Below, in pieces: positions 12,946-27,122 of a DNA stretch of 64,000 nucleotides. Numbering within the stretch: position 1 is the first letter of the stretch; every line of letters begins with the position of its first letter. Below the pieces are notes generated by a model. That model was not told the DNA's origin, did not search any database, and worked only from the letters and a program-made list of their open reading frames with translations. This DNA comes from Octopus vulgaris (Eukaryota): positions 38,006,001 through 38,070,000 of the forward strand of contig OX597830.1 of NCBI GenBank assembly GCA_951406725.2, in the 5' to 3' direction. The translations under genes were made by a program, and so were the position numbers.

Positions 12946-15900
12946 AAATTGCTTAACAAGGTCGGTACGTAAATTAGCCACATATACGTAGCACTACATT
13001 AGCAAATATTGCAGATATAACTCTGTCCATTCAAGAGTGATTTCCCATTAACTGTACTAGTTAGTAGAGGGCAGTATTGTGTTATCATAGTGTATTTCCT
13101 AGTGTATTGCAAGAATGTGTCTGAAGTGTTCTATGTATATTGTTGGATAGTGCGAAAGAGACTGAATACGTATGAATATAGAAAGATTGAAGAACATTTG
13201 TCATTCTATGATCTTATGAGATCCATTATAAAGAATCATGCTACGAAACACTTCAAAAACAGTGTGCTATAATTCATTGAGGCCGTTGTTGGCTTTAACA
13301 TTTGAAGTACGTATGAGTGTGAAATATGTTTACATACACACAATACAATGTATAGTCTGTGAAGAATATATACTGAACTGGTGCGCCATTACTTAGACTA
13401 CATTGTATAATGTTTTGTGAAGGATAAATGTATATATCGATAAATACTCAGGCAACAAAAGCTAGAGGGCTGACATTCAGTCATTAATTAATTCAATAAA
13501 TGTACATGGATCCAAGTTATTGACTGTTAACTTCTGGGAATTTATGAGATATTAATCAAATTAGGCATATTTGCTGATCTTAAATGAAACGAAAAATTTC
13601 ACCGTCATGTGAACGGTATATTCAATTTCCGGACCATATTACCTATTTTATTGATAACTTGCATTAAACATTAGAGCGTTATATATTAATACGTGCTAAT
13701 CAAGTGGATTCCGATAGTAAATATTACTAATGAAATATTGTTGTCTAAGCCAATGGCTGACGCTACCGTTAGTTTACATTTAACATTCCTAGCTCTTACA
13801 GTGAAGCACATCATACATCATTGTTATATATTAAATTCTTCCTTGTACATGAGGCTAAATATTGAAATATAAGATGGATTGTGCAAGCATCAGTGGGGAC
13901 AATACAATGCTATTACATCATATATATAAGTTATTTACTGCAAATCATGCTTTGAAGCAATGCTAATATTTGAATTATGAAAGTGCCGACTTCAACATTG
14001 ACCTCAGAATAGTTCCGATGAATACTTTGAAGGCTTGGATGCAGAAAGTATCATTCAATAGTTTTGATCTCAGAAATCAGGCTGGGTATGATAAATGTAG
14101 AACAGTAAAGTTTCCGAAGTTCTACATTTTACTGCCACCTCCTTTCAGCAATCTTTGCCCTAATGTTATGAGGGCTTGTAGAATGAATTCGTACGTCTAT
14201 AACCAAGCCTTTGCAATACCAGAGAGTAGTTATTTCTACATAATACTGACATAATGCTGTTTTAAAAAGCTTAAAACCAGTTAAATAGGGTGACGGCCAA
14301 TTTTCCGACGATTCTGCGATTTGTATCGCAAAGTTTTTTTTGTTTGTTTTTACCTGAATATATGCTTAATTCTCTACTACCCTGTTAACTTAATTGTAAG
14401 TGAATATTTTGAATATACTTTCGACTTTTAACATCGAATTAATCGGAATCCGTTCAGATTAAACAGGTCCAATAATTTCAATACATGTCCGTCGTCGATT
14501 TCGGCTTCTGATAAATGTAAGTTTATGTGATACATTACTTAATTTATATATATACAATATCAATGGCTTGAAGAGAAATGGTGGAAACAAGTTGGCTTAC
14601 AAGAACTGTGTAATCACAGGTTGCATCTATATTTTTTCGGCGTTTTATTTTTGTTTTAATTTAATCTGTATTTATGAATGAAATGCAAATGAAATGTACT
14701 AGTCAACATGTGTCAATGAAATGATGCACTTCACAGCCGAGACGTGATTCTTTGGGTTTTAGTACTTAGTATTGGTGCAATAAGGACTAAATTTCTTCCA
14801 TTTTTACGCACACTTGTGATAAATACTTAACTATTTTAATCCTACAACAATAGAAGTTACATTACATATAATATACTTTATATCAATGTCATTGCTCTGG
14901 TCAAATTATTCACCCAGTGAAAAATCGAACATTTTTGTTGTATTTGCCTCTGAAATACTTCCATTACCTCCGATATCAAAGAAGTTATTTTCGTTTTCTA
15001 TGCTTCACTTAAAATGAATCTTACATAAGAATCTCATTAGAACTTTGTTAATTACGATTAATGATTTTCTTTACACTTTAACTATTGAGAAAATTGAGTT
15101 TATTTTTAAATTCATTTCGCAAGTGCCTATTCTGTTGACTGAAGATTTTGCAAAGTTTTAATTCTCCAGAAAATTCAGTAAAGAAATGTCTGTAATTCTG
15201 TAGTTTCAGCATGTTTTAGAGGTCTATCATTGTCTATAGATAACTAGTTGGCAACAACCTTTACTTTAATTAATTCTAGGTGAGATGTTCAAAGTTAGTT
15301 CTAAATCGATTTTCTTACGCTTCAGTACCTTTTAACTGAAACAATTAATACATTTCATGTTGTTTAACAATTATAACAACTGATCAGCCATTACAACATT
15401 TTAAGGAGAATTGCGCAGCGAAATCGCTACGCTCTCATCCTATATTCATTTTCGAAATTTCAGCTGCATTATTTGCTTTTTTAGTCACAAAACAAATTTT
15501 TCTTTGACTGAGAAATACATTGGAGTCAATAAAATTCAATGCATTACTCCAGAGTTTTTAATCAACATATTATGTAGTCTGACAAGAAGTAGGTAACCTG
15601 ATATATTATCATTACTTCCTATGGTGGAGCGGCTGAGCATTCACACTAGATGTTTTTAATTAGTTACATAACGATGAAACTGAAAATTATTTTCAATTTG
15701 GGTTCAATAGTCAATATTCGTTCAATGCGTTTATTGTAAGGCAGAAGGCTACAAAAGCTAATTGTCAATTTGTTACTTTTAACCGATAACATTTTACGTG
15801 ATGAACTCAATACCGAAACCTGGTCCTTGAGTGATCTTTAGCAAAGAACAATATTCTGCAGTCATTCGGACCAAACTGTTAAGTTCCTCTTAATATAATA

Positions 15901-16658
15901 TTTCCCCTTTACTGAACGTCTGCAAGAATACTTTTCTGGCTCGCCAACCACTGAAACAAAATATCCCGTATTTAATTTTGATTTGAATATCGGATTGGAT
16001 ATGACATTGTCTGTCTTTATTCATAATTCATAGACATCTGAATCGCGATTTATTTAAGTTATCGGGAAAGCAACGTCAAATACATAAATATATGGGATTT
16101 AAGTAACAATCTTTGGGTTTTTAACACTATAGCGGAACGTTATTGTAACTGATATTCGGAAATTATTTCCGTCACACGAAAACTATTAATTTTACGTCAG
16201 TTAATTGTCTTATATTCCATAAAACTCTCAATAACTATCTAATTCAATTTTTCACTTTTAGTTAGCAAGTGATTTTTTAACTTATTCACGTTGAGGTTGA
16301 TTTGAATAAATAGTTGGAGGTGACAGAATCCATAGCTTTAACAATTAGTTAATTGATGCATTGATTCTATTCCCCGAACTCGGTCATTGTGCAGAATAAC
16401 TTGCAAATACTTTTTCACAAAATGAAGCTTTAAAAATGGACAGATAATTCAAACTAAATAGTCACTGTCAATTCAATGGACATCTTAAACAATCCGAAGC
16501 AAGTCAATGAGAAGCAATTCATAAACGGTGTGCTGATTTTTTCTTGTAAAACAACTTTCTTCATATAGTTTTTCTGACGATATTTCATTACCACATTAAT
16601 AGTTTTACGAAAATTATTTCTTCAATAACTTTTAGTATCGCTCTCAGATATACGTCGG

Positions 16659-16731
<73 letters not shown>

Positions 16732-16903
16732 TGTTGGATCGTTTTCCGTTTTCTTGTTTTTTGTTTTTTGGCTTTTTCCGTTTCTACGTCCTATTGTGAT
16801 GTCCTGTACTCCCGTATAATTATTTATATATGCATGTATATATACATGTAGATGTAGGTACGTACATATATGTTTGTATGTATGCATATATTTTTATTTA
16901 TCT

Positions 16904-16938
<35 letters not shown>

Positions 16939-16959
16939 CACAAGCATAATATATACGGA

Positions 16960-18130
16960 AATTTGTCGTATAAGATATACACAAAATTTCTACCATCGAA
17001 TCTTATCACTCTAGATCGCATGACATCTTGAGAATATAATATTTTCAACTGGCAACAACCACGCCGCAGTGGATGTTATAACGCCTCTGCATAAGGCTTA
17101 GTGTGATAATACAATTTTGCATTCCATATTTAGATGTGTTGAACAGTATCAATTATGCAACATTTAATGTGACCTTGGAAACAGCAAATCAATTTAAGTG
17201 AGGAAACATCATGTATGTTAATTAGCATAATACAATTTTTCTTGGATTTTAATTTCTATTTATTCTATTTTTGTGTATTAATTTGAATATATCGGCCATT
17301 CGAATAAAGTTGTAGTGCTTCGTATTTCCATTTCTGATGTCGTCCGTTCCAAATATATGCTGAGATCATAGCTGAGCACATAAATAGTCAAATCGTAGAT
17401 GTTGTGAGTCATCAAGGAAATATCACCCATGTCTTGCACAAATTATATATTATTGCATAAAATAAAGAAAACATACATATGTGGACCATATCATCGACAG
17501 TAAAAATAACAGACAACAACGATAACATAATAAGAAAGGTAGGATCACAAAGCACTAATTTTACAATAATATAACGATAATATTAATGTATTATTAAAGA
17601 GCATCCTGTGATTTTGTAATTCATATAGGGGAGATTATATCTCGGATCACTTTATGACTATAAAAGTATTGATCTAAAACATTATAATCAGCATACTTTC
17701 CTTCAATCTCTGCATATTTTGTAAATAGTTGGGGCGAGGCAATTGTACAGTATCACGATATCATAGTTGTTTAAAATAATGTTCGGTCTAAAAGTTGAAT
17801 GATATTGCGTTATTCTCCTAGCTAAAGTTTGCCGAATGAATATTTACGTCTTCCAACATTAAATCAATAGGAATCCTTTCAGATTTATACAGATCCAATA
17901 ATTTCTCTACATGGTATCCATCGATTTCTGTTTCTGATAAATGCAAGTTTATGTGATACTTCACTTAATTTCTATATACAGTGCCAGTGGTGTGAAGTGA
18001 AATATTGAAGGCGAGTTGTCTCACAACATTCAGTGCAATCCCAGTCTGCATCTATATTTCTTGGGCGTTTTATTTTTGTTTTAATTTAATTTGTATTTAT
18101 GCGTGGAATACATATAAATTTCGCTGGTGA
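16960..18130 (-). pseudogene. Decayed PKD-repeat block A', paralogous to the ~14.3-14.7 kb part of block A
   Basis: 17856-18115 aligns by eye with 14430-14695. Shared minus frame YHINLHLSETEIDGYHVEKLLDLY versus YHINLHLSEAEIDDGHVLKLLDLF. Confidence 0.6.
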
Positions 18131-18424
18131 CTATGTACCCTACTTACACATCTACACTTATGAATACATACACACTTACCAACACAGACACACACTTGCA
18201 CACTCACACACAAATCTAATTATACAGAGCTGCCTAATGTTTTTATTATTATTATATAATATACATACATATTTGTATATATATACATACACATACACAC
18301 ACACACACATAAATATATAATACAAATATATGTATATATACAATACATGCATATATGTGTTTGTGATTGTGTGTGTTTATGTGTGTGCATGCGTGTCTTA
18401 GTGTCTTGACGAATTTTTTGCAAT

Positions 18425-19850
18425 CCCCCCTCTAGTGTTAGCAATATTGCTTCAGTTTTTGACACTCGAGTAAGGCTTTGGAATATGATTTATCTAGGCG
18501 AATGAAACCTGCAATAAAATGATTGATGATGAAATAGCAACCGGTTTATATTGTGTGAGGGACTAAGGTGAACAGATATGCTGCAATAATATCCTAACAG
18601 AAAATATACTTAGAACACTGGTTATATGCAAAACTCAACTTCGTTTTATTACAACCATTCCATGAAAGCGGGATTGGGAGATATATCAGTTATGCAAGGA
18701 AATATAATATCAGCCATTTTGTTTTATATGTTATTTAGTCATTATATGAAAATAAAAACAGGTTTCTACATTTTTTGTTTAAATATTCATGAAGCAAGTG
18801 GCTCAACCAATAGTTAGTATAATAGCAGGGATCTTGTTTTCCTCACCAAGGTTTTTGGAACATCTTTGTTGAACAGATAATGGTGAAAGCTTCGTATGCT
18901 TTGCAAGAACGTGTTAAAGAAGGTGTTATGGAAACCAGTTTTGATATTGATTTAGTAGAAGAAATTAGTGAATGATAAGAGAAACTACAAGTCTTGATAC
19001 AGCTCTAAGGAGATTAGGAATAGAAATAACAGCAGCAAAAAAAAAACCCCGAATGTAAGGTAAACTAGGACGAGAACGAGAATTAATCTTTTCGGTTGAA
19101 ATAGCAGAAGAAATGGTATAAACCCGTCGATGTAGTTAATTATTTAGCAAACATAATAAGACAAATAACATGCAATTTACAGCGGCTATAATGGATTAAG
19201 CAAATGAGACATCTTGTAAAATTTGAATGTACATAAGTGTGCTTTTAAGATGAAGATTTCGTTTAGTTGAACTATAATAAATTCAACTGGAAATTTAGCG
19301 TTTAATCACGCAGATCAGAAACAGAAAGCGATAAAAAGATCACAGCACTTTGCTAAAATGTTATATCATATTTCGCATATCGAAAATAAAATCCGAGAGT
19401 GATGAGGAAGAAATTAAGTCCACTAAGAACAGTTGAAACACATTTGTCATTTTTCAAAGACAGTAATGAAGTTGTTCAGCTTTTTTTATATGACATCATG
19501 ACAGCCAACTTCTAAAGATTATCGAACTAATGAATGAAGCTCAAAATGTTCGATCGAAATGATTGAAATAATAACCTGATTCCCATAAAATCACAACTGT
19601 CTTTTAAAAAATAGACATGATAAATAATGAAGTCATTTAATCACTACACATGGAAAGAGACAAGATGGTCACAGTTAAAATACATTTGAACACAGATCTG
19701 GTGACGCAGATCCAAATTTAACCGGAGAAACAAATATATCGTGCAGATACAATTCTTTCCTAAAAGGAGTATAGGAAAACCATTGTGGCATATGAAATGG
19801 AAAGATATTGCTTCGCTTGATGTGTAAATATAACATATTTAAGCTAAAGA
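18425..19850 (+). mobile_element. Ancient RTE-clade LINE reverse transcriptase remnant
   Basis: Across frameshifts: HSSKAL..RRMKP, EQICCNNILTE, FWNIFVEQIM, FDIDLVEE (cf. FADDID), SLDTALRRLGIEITAAK, VNYLANII, NNEV, KRSIGKP..W, in the RTE RT/C-terminal order. Confidence 0.7.
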
Positions 19851-20844
19851 CTCTGAGGTACAAATACCGAGAGAGAGAGAGAGGCATCTATGGACATCTT
19901 TATATGTGTGTTTTTGTATCTGTATATGTGCGTGTGTGCATGTGTGCATGGATGCGTGTGTGCGTTTATGTGTGTTTTTTTCTTTGTGTCGGTATTTGTG
20001 CCTCTACCTCTTGAAAACCACTGTTGGTGTATTTTGCTGAGACCGACTAAAATCTAGGATTTTAATCCTGGTATATAATCATTACTAGGGCTCATGCATT
20101 CAGCGAAGAATTCTTGAAGGCGATGCCCCAACATGGCCGCAGCTTAATGACTGAAACAGAATATAAAAGATAAGAGATATGTGCGTGTGTGGGAGGTGTA
20201 TGTGGATGTTTGTATTCAACTGTATTCTATTCTATATCACCACAAATATACTTAGCCTTGCGTGTGCCAAACACCAAATAGTATTTGCATACCGTGTACA
20301 ATCTCTTGAACACACAACATTTGTTTATACTCAGTAAGCGATTCTCCAATTCGTAACGTGAAGCAAAGTAATACACCGAATTTTTTACTCAATAAAGCCC
20401 TTCGATACTCAATCACATTCCAGGACATGTTCTAGATAAATCCTACATGCTCATTCAAACACATGCCACCTCGACAAACTAAATCGGCTGCCAAATACTG
20501 ATGACTGCAACCAAACGTGTTTTCTTACTAACGGCAGAAACTGATTTTCTTTTGAAGGGCCCCAAATAATTTTTTTCCAAAAATTTTTATGAAACTGTCA
20601 CCACCTGTACTGACCTTTTGTAGTTCACTTAAGCAAGCATTAGCCTGCTTACATTCATTTTCCTTACATTCATGTGGATACAAGTTACGTATTGCTTCTG
20701 TTACATTACAGCGATATGTTGTGTGGGAAGACTGACTATAAATCAGAGGACCTGGAGTCACAGAAGACTAGATTCCTTGGTTACTCGCTCTCTCTGTATA
20801 CATACATATATATATATATATATATATGCATGTATATGTATATT

Positions 20845-21241
20845 CTTTTATTCCTCTATTTCTTTCAGTCATTTGAGTGCGGCCATGCTGGAGTATCGCC
20901 TTAAAGTGTTTTAGTCGAAGAAATCGACCCCACGACATATTCTTTGTGAGCCTATTACTAATATTCTATCGTTTTTTTGCCAATCTGAAACACTAAGTTA
21001 CAGGGACATAAACAGGATCGCTGTCAAATGATGATGGAGAGGAGGCGAAAAACGCAAACATACATGAATGTATACATACATGCATACATGCATTCATATA
21101 TATATATACGACGGGTTTCTTCCAGTTTCGGACTACCAAATCTACACACATAAAGCTTTGGTCGGCCCTAGGTGCCATGCAGCGGAACTGAATCTGGAAC
21201 CATGTGCCTGGGAAGGAAGTTTCATACTACACAGCCACGCC

Positions 21242-21243
<2 letters not shown>
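20845..21243 (-). mobile_element. tRNA-derived SINE
   Basis: Same family as 875-1200 (gcggccatgctggag..ctaagttac.gggac.taaaca..ctttggtcggccc..gaaccatgtg). Confidence 0.75.
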
Positions 21244-21288
<45 letters not shown>

Positions 21289-21879
21289 ATATATAAGCGC
21301 TTCATTAGGTGGAGAGATATTACCCAGATATTAAACAGCATCTTTTCAACAAGTACGAATCATTTGAAAATAACATATGGCAAGTAATTAAAGTTACAAA
21401 ATTCCTTGAAGCAATATGAAATGTTTATGGAATATTCCACTGATAGTTTTGTTTCTTCAATAATAAATAAAAGCAAATACGTGAAATTTATTAGAATTTA
21501 TGATATGGAGACGGAAATGACCACAGGCATAAACGAATATTAGCATGTATCAATAAATTTGTATCTTCCTGGACGTATTTCATGCTGCTCTCCATATAGT
21601 TTTTTGGGTGTAACGTTATTGATAAGAGGTCATAGGTTTTAGCTGGTTACTGATATTTTTGCTCTAATCAGGGTCATTATATTTCTGGTGTCATTTTATA
21701 TACGAGCTGAGTTGAGAATTGGAGATGAGCTAATTTGTTAACGATCATTCGTCTGCTCAAATACGTGAGTTTTACTGAAAGTAATACAAAAGTAGGTCTA
21801 ATTAATTATTAACCGGCGTAGGTCACTGAAATTGCATGTTTGATCGAATATTACTTCCTGTTTAGTAACTAATCTTCCT

Positions 21880-22850
21880 TACTTCTTCGATGCCAGCAGA
21901 TGAAGGGTTCCATGCAGAACAAGCATACCATCATTGAGTTCTTGACGAAGTTGGAGTGATACACGGGTTATTCCACAACCGCAGAAAGCTTCTCTATTAT
22001 TACAGAGATAATATTCTTCACAAGAGCAATGTGCACAGATAAATGAAGAAATTTAGCAACCAATGAGAGGAACTGCCATCAAGAGGACAGATGAGTTATA
22101 TTCTATGACCTTGCTGCAGGACCTGACGTTGGTAACAACGCATTACAGAAAGTAGAGGAACACATTCAGTATAAGACGGTGTGTACAAATTGGGTACCTC
22201 AACCAATGTTACAACAGACTTGAAGGCGAGAAAGGTGGTAATCATCTACAATCTACTAGAAGTGTCTGAAACCAATGAAGACACCGTGCTCTTTCCGATA
22301 TTGGGATATAAAATAGATTGGTGGTCATGTCTACGTTATCCTGAAACGAAGGGATTGCGTCACCCCCAATCGCCAAGGGTGAAAGATGTCGAGATCCACT
22401 GGTTGGTGCAAAAATGACATGGTAATTTTCTTTTGAGATTGACAAGGGTTTCATTTTCCATGAGTACTATGAAGAGCAATGATTACATTTGAAACATTAG
22501 AGAAGCTATCAGGAGGAAGAAATCAAACAAGAATCTGAAAACGATCCAAATTCAGGCGCACAATGTGCAACTACACACATCTCCAGCAACTGATCAGGCA
22601 ATCGGCATATCTGATTGTCATATCTAAGTGTTTTACCCACCAAAGGATCAGTTTCTAGCATCCGCCAAAATCTAGGTTTGAAACATTGAGGACAACAGCG
22701 CACATCCGAGTCTACTGAAGCTGGAACTGGAGGTCGGGCACACCAATGGGACATTGAATCACAGTTTTTGTGGTCTATGTTGAGTTGTGTCTCTACATGC
22801 AGGGAAAGCCATTCGCCCATTAATACAACCTGAAGGACATATGTCACGCC
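21880..22850 (+). mobile_element. Degenerate mariner transposon
   Basis: Fragments QNKHTIIEFLTK, LHKSNVHR*MKKF and YKTVCTNWVPQPML (WVPxxL motif); multiple stops and frameshifts. Confidence 0.7.
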
Positions 22851-25538
22851 GCTGCAATATTTAAGTGAGAACTGTCGGAATTCGTTATTCGTGCTGTGTT
22901 TTTAACGGTAGGTGCATGCGCGTGTGTGTGTGTGAGTCCCCACGCGTATGTGAGTGTGTGAGAATGTGTATGTATGCAAGAGTGCGTGTCTGTTTCTGTG
23001 AGTGGCCCTGTGCTTGTCATTTAATTTGCTTTTTTTGCTTTTATTGATTAGGCGTTGCTTTTGTTTATACGTTGTGATCTGGTATTTGTATTTTGTTCGA
23101 ATCCTTGGTTGGTGTGTCATTTATTTCTTCAGAATTTTGTTAGCGAATTGTTTACGGGCCTTGTTTTCTTCGCGTGTCTGTGAGCGCGTGCACGTGTGTG
23201 TAAGGTTGTGAAGAGATGTTTTTGTCAAAGGTTATGACTATCCCTAAAGAATAGTACGTTTCACGGTTGAGCGATATAGGATACAGAACATATCCTTTGT
23301 ATTATAAGAGAAATGTATCTGAATTTACTTCAGAACGGAAAAAATAACTCACAACGCCAAGGTAAATCTTTGCAAATCACGATGAATCCCATGGCATTTT
23401 AATACTGAAGTCTTTACCTGAAGAGTGGTTCTCAGCCGATACGTTTAAGACCACCTAACGAATTTAGGGAAAACAGTTACAGGAGTAAAAGTCAAATATC
23501 TCCCTCAGAAGGTTTCCGATTTTATTCACAGGTCAATGCTCGCAGTAATATAATAGAAAATAATGAACTGCTGGAAACTAATTGACTATGACTGAAAGCA
23601 GTTGGCCGCACTTGGTCATTTGATTTGGACGCCTAATATTTCTCAAATTACAGACATATTTGATTAATTATCTACTCATTGTTTTCTTATTGAGGAGGAG
23701 AAGTGTTTCGAGAATAGTTATTTAGCTTCACAAATACCAGTCCATGAAAGTATTGGTAGTTTTATTGTTAAAACGTAAACACCTTAGTGAGGATATAAGC
23801 TAGCAACATTGCTGAATACCTGATATGTTCTTTTAAAAATATATCTCGTAAAAATAACAGGTATTTTAGAGTTATGGATCTAGGGAAATATCACGTTTCA
23901 CTAAATGCTGATCATTTGCATCGATAGTGTTAGATAATATATAAATGATATGATATTTAACAAGTTAATGAATATGTCTATTAATTTACAATAATAGCAA
24001 ATATATAGTTATGGGGGGGGTATTGAGTTATAGGGATTTGAATTAACGCAAGTATATAAGTGTTTTCGATTAATGCAAAAGACGACCGGTAAAGCAAACA
24101 AGCCCTCATCAGGGAATTATGAAATCATATCTTAGAATAGCAAAGTGTAATCTAACAGTGGTGATATGAACTATTTTTTCTTTTTTCTTTCATATGGTAA
24201 TGGATGGTAAATTCTTTAGGGCAGTTTGTTAAATAATTTGCGAGATTTTGTTACGTCCTTTTATCCTTTTAAGTTCTACTTTCAATCTCTGCCAGAGCAG
24301 ACATTTCTTTTTTTCTCCTTTTATCAGTAGCTTAATTACAAGACACATACACTAGTTTCTAGTTTCTAACAATACTCGTATTAGATAGTAATATTGTACA
24401 TAAACTAATACAAAACTTTTGCGTGTACATAGAGAAAACTGATTGTATATACTTTTTTCCCTTCTGCTGCAGCGCAATATGTTTATTTACGGTATAATGA
24501 ATGCTTAGGTTCAAAAGTATTATAATTTTCAAGCTAAGCTATATTCTTTGCAGCAATGTGATACAAAATATATTCAGGCTTTATTATGGCAATATCTCTG
24601 CATGTCTATGTATATTAGATTCGATACAAAGTACCGATATTCCGCATGAGAAATTAACAATAGGAAACAATTATCACTCTTGAGCTGTACGCATTGGATC
24701 AATACTTAATATTCGCAGGAATATTCTAACTTCGTGAAAACAGCCGCCAGGCCGTGGCAAATTCGGATGATGAAATCAGAGTGAACATTTTATAGTTGAA
24801 TGCAGGTTTGTTCGCTTGTAATACTGAAGTTAATCTCTTGTGGTTATGATATAAGTTGGTTTATTTGTCTAACTTGGTCTTCTCTAGATACTTTACATAT
24901 ATGTGAGATATTCCGAGTTACATACTTAATTTCAGGTGATGCTGTATGACACTTAACGCAACTAACAAACTCCTATTGTTATTGCATTTCGAAGTAAAAG
25001 GAACAGGTGCTTCTATCGTCTTTATTCCGGAATACGATTAATTCAATCCAATAGATAATTAAATTATGAATTAATTACACATTTCACTTAATATATCAAT
25101 ATCCCACACAGTATCTTAACGAAATCTAAGTACTCTATTTAGACATTTACCAAAGGAATTTTCCCATCAAATGATAATTTCGCATTACTAAACGCTTTTC
25201 TTGTCAGAGCAACAAGAAATATATAAAAATGTAGCTCTTGACAGAAAACTGGCTTTAAACATGAACACGTCTCTGGAGTAACTGATTCTATATTCATACA
25301 ACCAGAAATTGAAATCGCGTGTATTGCATGTAGATAATCTCTTCACAGGTTTACGTCAGCAACTGTCACATTGATTAATCTATAATTATAAAGGATGTTT
25401 CTTTAAACTATGATTAAACATAGACTGAGAAATTCAGTATTAAATATAAAGCTTCAACTTTCATCAAACGGTTGAAAAATTAGTTGTAGTATTATCACCA
25501 CATAGCATCTTATCAATTCACGACTTTTCATAAACATA

Positions 25539-25924
25539 GGAGGCGCAATGGCCCAGTGGTTAGGGCAGCGGACTCGCGGTCGTAGGATCGCGGTTTCGAT
25601 TCCCAGACCGGGCGTTGTGAGTGTTTATTGAGCGAAAACACCTAAAAGCTCCACGAGGCTCCGTCAGGGGATGGTGGTGATCCCTGCTGTACTCTTTCAC
25701 CACAACTTTTCTCACTCTTACTTCCTGTTTCTGTTGTACCTGTATTTCAAAGGGCCGGCCTTGTCACTCTCTGTGTCACGCTGAATATCCCCGAGAACTA
25801 CGTTAAGGGTACACGTGTCTGTGGAGTGCTCAGTCACTTACACGTTAATTTCACGAGCAGGCCGTTCCGTTGATCGGATCAACTGGAATCCTCATCGTCG
25901 TAACCGACATAGTGCTTCCACACA
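25539..25924 (+). mobile_element. Full-length tRNA-derived SINE with 10-bp target site duplication
   Basis: Head ggaggcgcaatggcccagtggttagggcagcggactcgcggtcgtaggatcgcggtttcgattcc carries A/B boxes; TSD cataaacata at 25529-25538 and 25925-25934. Confidence 0.92.
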
Positions 25925-26589
25925 CATAAACATATAATATTTAGTTTACAGAAAAAAAAGAAAACTAAATTTTGAGGACAATTATGGAATGAAGAATAAT
26001 ATACATATGGAACTTACTGGACCAAATGTTTCTAAAATCCTAAATATAACGAGCGAGAGCAAAAACATGTAAATTACACGATGAACAATTTGGGGGTAAC
26101 TAATAGCAGTGGCAAATCCACCGATGTTACAAATATTTACCAGTCTAACGATGTACGTAGCGTGAAAGAAGTTAAAGGCAAAGTTTTATTCTCGTCAAAC
26201 ATTTAACTGTAGCTGGGATTAGGACTGAAATCACAATTGAAACTTATTCTAACACTACGTATGGAAACGTACAACGCATAAGTTGTTTTGTTAATGCAAG
26301 CTCACAGATCTCCGATATGGCTCTCCACGGTTTCACATTAATGAAGACAGACACTAAAGACTCGATATCAAACCGCTAAGTGTCCTCTGGAAAACATCAG
26401 CCATAAAATTTCAGTTAATATTCATTGGTGATTAACACGGTATATACAGGCTCCAGCCCAAACTAGACATAACAGATCATGAAATCAGAATTTCACTTTT
26501 GAATTATTGTCATAAAAGTCGCTACACGAGATTATACTGACAGAACCCAAATTAGCCTAATATATTGTATCACTCTGTGAATATACAAA

Positions 26590-26669
26590 CATACACGCAT
26601 ACATAAATATTTATATACATGCAAATATATACATAAACACACATTCACACACACATATATCTGTATATA

Positions 26670-26718
<49 letters not shown>

Positions 26719-26953
26719 GTATACATATATTTATATGTATATAGATATATAGATATATATATATAGTCATATATATATATATGCATATATATATACATAT
26801 ATAGATATATATTATATAGTTATATATATATATATATGCATATATATATACATATATATATATACATATATGCATATATATATACATATATATATACATA
26901 CATATATACATATATATATACATATATATATACATATATATACATATATATAT

Positions 26954-27001
<48 letters not shown>

Positions 27002-27048
27002 ATACATATATATATATATATACATATATATACATATATATATAATAC

Positions 27049-27120
<72 letters not shown>
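26590..27120. repeat. Degenerate (TA)n/(TACA)n microsatellite
   Basis: Directly visible. Confidence 0.95.

Positions 27121-27122
<2 letters not shown>

Noticed and set aside
12510-12956. Mucin-like poly-Thr/Ala ORF
   Set aside because: Compound trinucleotide microsatellite open in several frames; no ATG, signal peptide or splice support.
19650-19887. Possible PLAT domain on the minus strand (LYLHDIFV..YFNC)
   Set aside because: The plus strand fits the collinear C-terminal part of the RTE LINE better.
25539-25612. tRNA gene
   Set aside because: tRNA-like head continues into a SINE body with a TSD; multiple diverged copies in the window.
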